Below the pieces are notes generated by a model. The model saw only the letters and a list, made by a program, of their open reading frames with translations, was not told the origin of the DNA and ran no database searches. 32,905 nt of DNA from Octopus bimaculoides (lineage: Eukaryota). Of this stretch, positions 21,376 through 31,699 are shown piece after piece (position 1 is the first letter of the stretch; each line of letters begins with the position of its first letter). A program made the translations under genes and the position numbers. The DNA is taken from NCBI RefSeq assembly GCF_001194135.2, contig NC_068997.1, positions 38,115,875 through 38,148,779 on the forward strand. The letters run 5' to 3'.

Positions 21376-21830
21376 TACATATTCAGATGAATATGGTACT
21401 TAAGTTGAGGCACCAGAATTTAGTACGGTATTATGCATGCAATTTCAAAGTAAGGTGATTAAAATCAAAATACGCAACAAGGATATCCAGAGGTAATGCA
21501 CTACGATCGTTTCATGCAACTCCATTTAACTGAACAATGCAATCATTACATCAATTTAAAATGCAGAGCAATCCTCAGCTGCACAAAAACATAGGATTTA
21601 ATTAAATTAGAACAGATGGACACATTAGTATAAATATACCTAAAATTTCCAGGAAGTTAAGGAGATAGACAAAGAACATGTTGCCTCTACTACAGCATAT
21701 AAGTTACTAAATTATCAAGAAGGCTCTACCTGTCACTGATTTTATTTGTTTTTATGGGGTCAGTTTTAATTTATAGACTAGTTTATCAAATCCTTGTATA
21801 TCTAAGGCTGAGAGAATAAAGGGCAGTATC

Positions 21831-23655
21831 TGTTAGGGGTAGGACTGAGAAAGCAGACACAAATCATAGTTGGTATAGTCATAAAAATCAAGATTTATTA
21901 GAAGCAATATCATAAGGTTTGGTAAAGGAAAACTTAAAACAAGATGTTAGCTGACAACTAAGGGGGTCGCCCACTAGCAGACCAATGATAATGAAACAGG
22001 GCAAGTCTTATCATGTAGTACTATAGTTAAATGTTTTAAACAATGTTGCTATATTGTATACAATTAAAGTTTATGGCTATTCTGAGGGTTATTAAGAAGA
22101 ATATATTAACAAAAGGATAGAAATTTGTGAATATTTTTGAGTATATACCAAACTTTTACCACAATAGAGGGAGGAAAAGAAATTATCCAGAAATAGTTTA
22201 ATATTTATACATATTGTACACTTAAATACTAACTCATCAGATGGTATCTGTGAATATTGATTAATTGGTATATAGTGGTATTAATAAAGGACTATTGAGG
22301 TAAAAGAACATTCTAATTATATATTAATAACATTATAATCTAAGCAGTTTTTTTATAAGTAGTTAATATACCAGTATAGTTTAATATAAGCTAAGTACGA
22401 ATTTATAGAGATACAAAGATTAGCTTCATTTTATAAAGGCTAATTATAAATTAATAAAGAAATGAAATAAAATAATCTAGTAGGCATGAACACCATAGAA
22501 AAGGAATAAAATAGCTTAATTATTAATACTATGGTAAAGTATATGTAGCTTATTAACACCAATAGAGAAGATTTATAGAAAAAGTATAATAGTTCAAAAT
22601 ATATTAGACTAAAACTTATATATTAACTTATTTAGCTAATATCAATAAAACACTGATGTCTGATAAAGAAATGTTTAAGTTATGGAACATTCATATTTTA
22701 CACTAATCTTTCTATATATAAACTAAGGGTTATATTATAGGTTTAAGAAGTTATTATTGTTACTCCTTACATGATATTTATAGTTTCTTAATGGTACTTG
22801 TTTAGAAGGGTTATTTATATAAAGGCCCTTATATAATACTAAGATTAGGAGGGTAGAGCCATTTAAGAAAGAAAGAAATCAAGTAATTTCTAAAGATCAT
22901 TTCAAACAATATTGTCTTATTGTATAAAGTTAAAACTCAGCGTAATCAAAATTATTAAGAATGAAATTTTAACAAAAGGATAAAAAAACTTCTATGAATA
23001 TTTTGAGTATATACCAAATTTTTTTTACCACAATAAAGGGAGGAAAAGAAAGCTGCAAAGAAAATACTTTATTATTTATTTACTTATTACTTATCTAAAT
23101 ATTAACTTACTATAGTGGTTTCTATAGAGATTGATCAATTGAATGTATCTGGTATTCAATAATGGACCAACCGAGGTTAAAAAACATGTTAATTGTATAC
23201 TGATTTAATTAAATTGAACTATTTTAAGTTGTCGAGATACCGGTATTACCTTATATAAGCTGAGTATGAAATAATAGCGGTACAATGATTAGATTTATTT
23301 AAGGCTACTATGAAATAATAACAACAATAACAATAATAATAAAATGATCAGTTAGGGTAGAACATCATAGAAAAGGAATAAAGACAGCCTAATCACTAAA
23401 ACCATAATAAAATATCTATACCTTATTAGCTTCAATAGCAAATATTATAGAATGTGCATAATAATTTAAGTAAAACAATATGTCATTATTGTATAAAGTT
23501 AAAATGTAGGGTTATCAGGAAGATTCATTTGTACCCCTATAAATTCATACTTAGCTTATAATAAACAATATGGGTATTTTCATAACCTAAAATTAAACTG
23601 CTTAGATTATAATTTAACTAATTTGTAGTGAATTTCGTTTCTCACCTCAATGATA
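21831..23655. repeat. Very AT-rich block of diverged tandem units (~865 and ~570 bp spacing) plus an inverted partial copy
   Basis: AACAAAAGGATA...GAGTATATACCAAA...TTACCACAATA(G/A)AGGGAGGAAAAGAAA at ~22108 and ~22971. AAACAAT...TTGTATA.A.TTAAA at ~22039, ~22903 and ~23472. Reverse complement of 23520-23655 matches 22290-22420. Confidence 0.8.
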
Positions 23656-23683
23656 AATCAATATATATATATATATATATATA

Positions 23684-23793
23684 TTAATGTTTAGCAGAAG
23701 CAACAGAGTGACTCAAGCTCTGAGAGATTGATAAGTGCTAAAGCACGAAACTTTTGGACCTTGAGTCACTCTGTTGCTTCTGTTAAATATTAA
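23684..23793 (+). ncRNA. Rod hairpin (34 bp, 2 G-U) enclosing a type I hammerhead-like core
   Basis: Arms 23684-23717 and 23760-23793. Loop contains TTGATAA-GTGC(TAAA)GCAC-GAAAC at 23728-23751; GTC triplet at 23765-23767. Confidence 0.75.
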
Positions 23794-23889
23794 CAAAAAT
23801 ATATACATACTCATACGTTGAGTCCTATTTTTCCTGTTTGCATCACCATAACTGTTCGCACACACAAATATATATACATAAACACATAT

Positions 23890-23891
23890 AG

Positions 23892-23952
<61 letters not shown>

Positions 23953-24127
23953 CGTGTGTGTGTATACGAGAGCTTCTTTCAGTTTCCATCTACCAAACCC
24001 ACTCACAGAGTTTGATCTGCCCGAGGCTATAGTGAAAGACACTTGCTGATGACGCCATGCAGTGGGACGGGACCCGGAACCATGTGGCTAGGAAGCAAAC
24101 TTCTTACCACACAGCCACGCCTGCGTC
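23890..24127 (-). mobile_element. SINE family A, 5' half plus (CA)n
   Basis: Reverse complement GACGCAGGCGTGGCTGTGTGGTAAGAAGTTTGCTTCC...GGAAACTGAAAGAAGC matches 10281-10440. Confidence 0.85.
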
Positions 24128-25097
24128 TATGTACATACTTTTTAAATCATCGTAACAGTTTCCTGTAATGCCGAAGTTTAATTATTCAATATTTTCAGGG
24201 AAATCCAAGAACTGAGTAAGTTGTTCTGTTGTGTTATAACCCAAGATATTGTTCTTCCCAAATCGTTCTCAATGGAGTTTTCGTTTCTATATTACAGAAT
24301 ACGTTGAAAATTCCAACGTTTGTGTTCGTTTTATTAAATAGCTATTACATAATTAGTAACTGTAACAACAATGTCTGCAACTGAAGCTAATCTCCAGGTA
24401 GAAGCAAACATAAAGTGAATCGTGGTATATAAACCTTCGTGAATTCTACATTTCTTATCACAAACCTATTTTTGCATCAGATCATTTAAATAACTGAGAA
24501 TTTTCGCAGAAATTTCAGTTTTTCTTCGTATTGTTTTCAAAAGTTAAAGAGTACAATATTTTGGTAAATTTACCTCGTTATGTAGCTTTTAATAGATACA
24601 TATTTGGAGAGGTATTTGAAAACAATAGGCAATTCAGTTTAGTAAAGTAATTTAGTATCTTAAACATTTTCCTTGCGGTATAATGGTGAGAGATATTTCT
24701 TTTCCAAACATAGTTTAAACACCCGGGCACTTCCCATGGGTTCTGTCACTTAACTACTAGTTATTATGGCAGCATCTGCTCTTTCAGGTGGAATCTTACA
24801 TCTATTTACCTACTCAACAAACGTTTCAGTGTAACGCGAGAGAAACAAATATAATTTCAGATAGAAAGAACACATATATCGATTTTCATTTTAAGTTAAA
24901 TACCTCAGTTATTTGGAGACCTACTTCTCAGCCATTGAATTTAATAGTGCTGCTATAGAACTGAAATTGGCAGAAACCAATTTTAAATGAAAAAAATAAA
25001 ATAAAATAAAATCCATATTAAAAAATAGTATCTCATGTATATAAAGTATAAGGTACTGATTGATTATACTTACATACGTTATTTATAAAATAATACG

Positions 25098-25360
<263 letters not shown>

Positions 25361-25927
25361 TAAATATTAACAATACTGCTGTTGATAAATAGGAATGAAT
25401 TTATATATACATAAACATGTGGCCTGCGACACTATTTGTAGCTGTTTTCATGAGTGCTACTCTGTAAAAGTAACTAAAAATGTTTGTCTATTATTAAATA
25501 TTTTGCTTAACCACGCACGCGCGCATGTGTGTGTGGGTGAGCGTGTGTTGAAGATGTTTATTAGTCAAAACGGGTTGTTTCAAAATGAGCTCAATGCTGT
25601 TGGTATTCAATTTCCTCATATCATGGTTTACATCTGAAGGATAGGTATTCTATTAAATATTTAAAAATGAAACGCGTGTTACAAAATGGAAAATAATTTA
25701 CTCTCTACTGTATATTTGCTCTACTCAAATGCATCTTTAAATCACTACACTAGAAATTTTTTCAACTTTACATCATAAAGAATAACATTATGCTGTTTAC
25801 CTTCTGAAATATAAGTGAATGGTTGCAACAGACTAAAAACAAACGGCCATGGCTGAAAACCAGTAACTGTGCTTTCGCAGATTGCTTTGTAATAACCAAT
25901 ATCGCTTAACAGATAAGTGTGGGTAAG

Positions 25928-26157
25928 GCGGCAGGCTGGCAGAAACGTTAGCACGCCGGGCGAAATGCTTAGCGGTATTTCGTCTGCCGTTACGTTCTGA
26001 GTTCAAATTCCGCCGAGGTCGACTTTGCCTTTCATCCTTTCTGGGTCGATAAATTAAGTACCAGTTACACACTGGGGTCGATGTAATCGACTTAATCCAT
26101 TTGTCTGTCCTTGTTTGTCCCCTCTATGTTTAGCCTCTTGTGGGCAATAAAGAAATA
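25928..26157 (+). mobile_element. Young SINE family B copy flanked by a 17-bp direct repeat (TSD)
   Basis: AGATAAGTGTGGGTAAG at 25911-25927 and 26158-26174; CpG-rich intact body, B box GAGTTCAAATTCC. Confidence 0.9.
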
Positions 26158-26160
26158 AGA

Positions 26161-26310
26161 TAAGTGTGGGTAAGAAGATTGCTTCATCAATGTGTGGTTT
26201 CGAGTTCAACGCCACTGCGCAACCCCACGGCCAAGTTTCTTCTGTCATAACATTGAGCCTATCAAAGATACATGACTGAATTTTGTGATATGGAAACTGA
26301 ATGGAATCGC
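26161..26310 (+). mobile_element. Old degraded SINE family A head (target of the SINE B insertion)
   Basis: GTGTGGGTAAGAAGATTGCTTC...TTCGAGTTCAACGCCACTGCG...GGAAACTGAA aligns to the family A 5' part. Confidence 0.65.
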
Positions 26311-26669
26311 GTCAGACGTTTTCTTCTTGTTCATGGTTGCTATGTATCGCCTGGTTTTAAAACACCACCTAACAGAAAAAATATAGCTTAAATTCTGCAT
26401 TATTTTGAAGGATTTTTTTATTTTGCATTAATACAGGCATGTAAGTAATTTATTTATTATTGAATATAATGATGTTAATTGTTTAAGTTACGAAACAATT
26501 TTCCGTGATATTAGAATTTCAAACTCTTTCTGTGTCATTTATGACTCTACAGACTCCTTATCGTTTGCTCTTGTATCGTCCTATATATTCTATGTTTTGT
26601 AGAATGATGCATAAAGGAGTTTTTTATGAGTACTACCGTATTGCTTGAATCCAAATATTATGACTTAAA

Positions 26670-26695
26670 GATATATATGTATATACATATGTGTA

Positions 26696-26744
<49 letters not shown>

Positions 26745-27448
26745 NNNNNNNNNNNNNNNNNNNNNNNNNNNNNNNNNNNNNNNNNNNNNNNNNNNNNNNN
26801 NNNNNNNNNNNNNNNNNNNNNNNNNNNNNNNNNNNNNNNNNNNNNNNNNNNNNNNNNNNNNNNNNNNNNNNNNNNNNNNNNNNNNNNNNNNNNNNNNNNN
26901 NNNNNNNNNNNNNNNNNNNNNNNNNNNNNNNNNNNNNNNNNNNNNNNNNNNNNNNNNNNNNNNNNNNNNNNNNNNNNNNNNNNNNNNNNNNNNNNNNNNN
27001 NNNNNNNNNNNNNNNNNNNNNNNNNNNNNNNNNNNNNNNNNNNNNNNNNNNNNNNNNNNNNNNNNNNNNNNNNNNNNNNNNNNNNNNNNNNNNNNNNNNN
27101 NNNNNNNNNNNNNNNNNNNNNNNNNNNNNNNNNNNNNNNNNNNNNNNNNNNNNNNNNNNNNNNNNNNNNNNNNNNNNNNNNNNNNNNNNNNNNNNNNNNN
27201 NNNNNNNNNNNNNNNNNNNNNNNNNNNNNNNNNNNNNNNNNNNNNNNNNNNNNNNNNNNNNNNNNNNNNNNNNNNNNNNNNNNNNNNNNNNNNNNNNNNN
27301 NNNNNNNNNNNNNNNNNNNNNNNNNNNNNNNNNNNNNNNNNNNNNNNNNNNNNNNNNNNNNNNNNNNNNNNNNNNNNNNNNNNNNNNNNNNNNNNNNNNN
27401 NNNNNNNNNNNNNNNNNNNNNNNNTATATATATATATATATATATTAT
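26670..27448. repeat. (TA)n tracts flanking a 680-N gap
   Basis: Directly visible; source of the poly-X ORFs. Confidence 0.95.
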
Positions 27449-27454
27449 ACAAGA

Positions 27455-27508
27455 CTGTGCCCAACCATGGCCACAGTCTAACGATTGAAACAAGTAAACG
27501 AAAGATAT
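27455..27508 (+). mobile_element. SINE family A 3' terminal fragment
   Basis: GTGCCCAACCATGGCCACAGTCTAACGATTGAAACAAGTAAA matches the family A 3' end (20716-20760). Confidence 0.7.
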
Positions 27509-28289
27509 ATGTATGTATGTATGTCCTAAGGAAATAATTTAAACAGCATCCTGCAGTAGGGTTCTGGTTTAGGAATTCCAAAATTTCGAGGAGCGTGGAA
27601 CCACCTCTTAGCCACAATAATTCCCAGATCTACCCTACCCCTGAATAGGAGTGTCTGTCAGGGTCTCAACGTATCTGTCAGGTTAACTAGCATATGTTAA
27701 TACAATCCACCTGAGCGCGGAGACGCAGAAATACTCTTGGTTAGTGTTACGGTGATCACTAAAACCATCGGCAGTGTGGGACCTCTACCTGTTGCCGCCG
27801 CATCCTTCTAGGGAAGCTACATTCTTATGTAAAACCTCCGGCTTCACGTGATTACTGAATATGTCACTTTGTCCCGTCACTGTACTAATTTCTAAGACCC
27901 AGAGAGTGGTATTCGTGTTGTACAAGAGTTTATCATTATAACCCAATAGTGTATAGATATCTCTTTTTGGTAAACTGTCATTTGTCATGCTATTAAGTCC
28001 TATGGCGATGGAAGACTGGCGATGTGTGTAGACCTAAGCAGTTGGAGGCGTACAGTTATAAACCTGCTCATTCTAACATAATTGTTGTGTCTATCCATGA
28101 CAGGGACCAACTCTGGTGGGGGTTCTTGTGTTTAAGCAGCCCTTTTTTAGGAAGAGTACTACTCATCCAAATTCCAGGGAAGGTGATAGTAAAGAGGCAT
28201 TAAACATTGCTTGTCACATTTTTTCTGCGGCTAACGATGGTTCATTCAAGCAGGAACAGGAAAGATGAAATACAAAATAAAATATTTGC

Positions 28290-29400
28290 AAAACATCGAA
28301 CTAAACTCAATATTTGTTGCTGTTGGCTTTCCCTTTTGTCAAAATTATTGTTCCACGGTTTTAGACCAAATTTCATCTCGTGTTCTTGTTAATGCAAATG
28401 AACTGTGTTCACAAGAGAACAGACTTGAGCTTCGTTCTTATATATTTTGAAATCTTCTAATAGATAATAACTGGTTGATTTTGTGCTTTTTTCCTTTAAA
28501 CTCATATTCAGATGTTACATTTAATAATGTTAAAGGAATCATGCACAAACCAAATAGCAAAGGAAGCAATCTGTACCATAAAAGATCCCTCTTTTCGTTC
28601 TTACTATTCCTAGATTCTGAGCTCAGTCTTCCAGCTTGCCATATTCTTTCTCAAAACACTCTAGTCATTCTTTGCAGTGGCAAACATGTTCATCATAGGC
28701 CTCACAGTAATCTATTGGTCCCATTGCTAAATATCTCTTCCTTCGCTTAAAATCATTGATTACTATTTTATTTTTGAGTAAGTGGTTTTTAGTTCCCATA
28801 CAATTCCGCTTACAACCCTTCTGCTCAACAGGGAAGATTCCGTTATCAAGAAATATATTCATTTCATAAGCGGTTATTCCAAGGAGCAGCAGTTTCTACG
28901 TCAGTAGGAGGCATGATATGGATCTGTAATTATCTAAAGCATTCCTTTCTGAAAAAGCATCCTTCAAACACAAAGTGTATAACTATGTTATCCATTCAGG
29001 AATTTTTTCATTTCCGTTGATCTGTGCATTAAAGTGTTCTGCTATTTTTTATGGCATCAGATCTAGCTACTTTCCAAATACTCATCTTCCTACTTACTTC
29101 TCGCACATTTTCTGCTTAATTTCTAATTTCTTTCTGTTGTGGAGAAGAAACAGGATCCTTCAAATTTTATAGCTATTCAACCTCAACATTATGTTGTTTT
29201 CCTTACTTTATATCTCACTCCAAAATAGACAACTTTCTTCCGCTTCTGATATACCATAACATTTTCGTATATATTTTCCTTACTTATTTCTTGATAAAAT
29301 TTCTTCGGGTCAATTTAGAATGATTTATTTTGCCTACGCTGCTTCACTATTTGGTCGTACCTTATTACTTTTTTCTCTCTTCGCCAAAATGTACAATTTT
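28290..29400 (-). mobile_element. Decayed R4/Dong-like LINE, pre-RT and RT region (~1.1 kb)
   Basis: With stops and frameshifts: IRYDQIVKQRRQNKSF*IDPKKFYQEI; KMSIWKVARSD; KIPEWIT; NYRSISCL; ORF 28665..28862 EQKGCKRNCMGTKNHLL.NK...IDY..AYD; KRGIF...LLFGLCMIPL; MKFGLK. Confidence 0.85.
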
Positions 29401-30029
29401 ACTCATTATTCAATTACAACATTCAGCCCTCTTCTTTCAATGCTATATTACATGGAAAAATGCGAGCAAGAAAAATAATATTCCTAAGATTATAAACCTG
29501 GAAAAGTACAGCACAAGTTATTACACTTGAAAAGTTCAGGACAACTTATTACATCTGGTAAAGTACAGAACAAAAAATTTTTTACTTAAAATATTGCAGC
29601 TAAGGATAAATTTCAAATAAAATATCTAGATTTAGAAAATATTAGCTTTTATTAAAACTAAAAATTTTATTACAAGTTATTACTTCGATTTGTTATTAAA
29701 AATAGAAAATAATTCAATTAAAATATTTTTTGCACTTTAAAAAAAATCATTGGACTACAACTAATGTGAGCTATAGAGGAAAGTTTAAAAGAAAAGAGGA
29801 AAAAAAACCAAAAAAGGACATAATAATAGGAGGGCAAATCGAAACTAACAATCATGGCAAGGGATAGATATATAAGTCCTTTTGCATTTTACACCAAAAG
29901 CCAATATGAAAGTTTTTCTCATAACTTTTGCAGAATAGTTTGTCCTAACAGAATATCCACCTTTAGGTCGTGATAAATATTATCTCTAGATATATAAATA
30001 TCGAGAACAAGAAGATATATAGAAAAGAG

Positions 30030-30380
30030 TAGCCGAGGTCAGTGTGGGTTATGAAGTGGGATGCAAGGTGGTATGGTGTGAAGAAGACCACATGTGTAAT
30101 AGGGACAGCATTGTGGGGCAAGTACATTAGAATTATCAATTAGCTAGACTAGCCACCGGAGGTGGAGGGTGACGTACAACATAAAATATATCTACTACAG
30201 CAGTTTGATTCGGGTTTTCAATGCAAAGTGTATAGTAGGAAAAGGTTATACTAAGCAGTGGAGGGAGGAGACGCTAGAGCGTTGAGGAAACGTAAGTATA
30301 TGCTTGTAAATCAGCTGACTACGATGGGGTTCTGAGGGCAGAGAGTGTACTTTAGATGTATGGGTTTGTTGAAAGTTGCC
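30030..30380 (-). mobile_element. Possible degraded CR1/L2-type LINE 3' fragment
   Basis: Weak translated similarity (QRSSVSSLH; SSSHH) to the RR.V.SL..FY / SSHH tail of CR1/L2-like ORF2. Confidence 0.3.
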
Positions 30381-30517
30381 AACAAAAATAAAGAAATTAT
30401 TTATTGTAACAATTTAGTGAAGAGTGTGAATATGATTGGTTGTGGATTTAGGAGTAGCTTAGAAATAAAAACAGAAAATTTTTTTTTAAATTTGTACATT
30501 AGCTGAGAATATCTAAA

Positions 30518-30559
30518 GTGGTTGCTAAGATAGGTGGTTGCTAAGATAGGTGGTTGCTA
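30518..30559. repeat. 16-bp tandem repeat, 2.6 copies
   Basis: GTGGTTGCTAAGATAG x2 plus GTGGTTGCTA. Confidence 0.9.
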
Positions 30560-30654
30560 GAGAATAATATTTAGTTAAATCGTTGTATTGAATTATTCGC
30601 AGAGTGCAAAGTGATATTAAGAATGATGGAATATGGAACCGTGTATACGAACGT

Positions 30655-30900
30655 ATAGACACACACACACGCACACGCACACGCACATGCACATGCACAC
30701 ACACACACACACGCACACGCATATGCACACACACTCTCCCTTTCTCTTCCTCTCCCACTTTCATATAGATACATAATACTCTCCCCTTTCTCTTCCTCTC
30801 CCACTTTCACATACACTTTCCCTCTCTTTCTCCTCTTCCTTTTATGCTGCTATCTGTCACGTTCTTTTACTTCCCTCTCTGTTTCTGTCTGCCCTCTATC
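30655..30900. repeat. (CA/CG)n microsatellite followed by a CT-rich duplication
   Basis: CTCTCCC(C)TTTCTCTTCCTCTCCCACTTTCA occurs twice (~30734 and ~30779). Confidence 0.85.
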
Positions 30901-31476
30901 GTTTCCTCCTACTACTACTGACATGTGACCTGTGGTCAGTCTTATCTCGTTCCTTTCACGATCGGCTAGCTTACTAAGTAGTCGTACTTTCTCGCCTGTC
31001 GCTGTCTCTCTGTTAAATTCTTCAGGATATTCTCCCAGCGTTGACTATTTTCATCCACTGCCTGGCCCTAAGGCCTTATTTTGTTCGTTTATTTATATTA
31101 GTTCGTTTATTTATATTAGTTCGTTTGTATGCCCACAGTCCTGTTTGTTTTCTTCTCTGTCCCTCGTATATCCACTAATTGTCTCGCTTTTGATTCCATT
31201 TATTCTTCTGTATCATCTTCTTGTCTGTTCCTTTTTTGTGTTGTTTCTTGTATTTTGGCTCAACCATTCTCGGTGGCATTTGCTGTCGGCGTCACCAGTA
31301 GGGGATTCATTCAGTGTTATCGGTTAAGCGTGAAATTGCGATTGACCCACTGGCCGATAAGTGATGAGGAACCAGCGACCATCTGTATATGATTCCCGTT
31401 TGTTTGTGCATTCATTATGTCTTTGACTCATTTAATGCAACGATAAGTACAGCAAGAAACTTTTTTGTTTACAAAT

Positions 31477-31517
<41 letters not shown>

Positions 31518-31558
31518 AAGCAGGTGTATTAGTTTGACGCTCAGAAAAGGTGAGAAAG

Positions 31559-31595
31559 TCTCTTACGTTTCGAGCCTACGCTCTTCAAGAGAAAG
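31559..31595 (-). ncRNA. Degenerate hammerhead-like motif in a repeat element
   Basis: Minus strand CTTT-CTCTTGA-A-GAGC(GTAG)GCTC-GAAAC-GT-A-AGAG; stem II, GAAAC and GUA are intact, core positions 5-6 deviate. Confidence 0.5.
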
Positions 31596-31699
31596 GAACA
31601 CGAGGAAATAAACAGAGAGAGAATAAAAACAAAGCTTGTGGAGTTAGCGGTCAATCATGGCGATAAGAGGGTATTGTAGTTCGCTGGAAGCATTGTATA

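Noticed and set aside
21831-23795. LTR element bounded by TGTTA...TAACA, or a NUMT
   Set aside because: The flanks give no TSD (GTATC vs AAAAT); no mitochondrial protein or rRNA motif was found in either genetic code.
26626-27617. Long ORFs of 260-319 aa
   Set aside because: Artefacts of a 680-N gap flanked by (TA)n.
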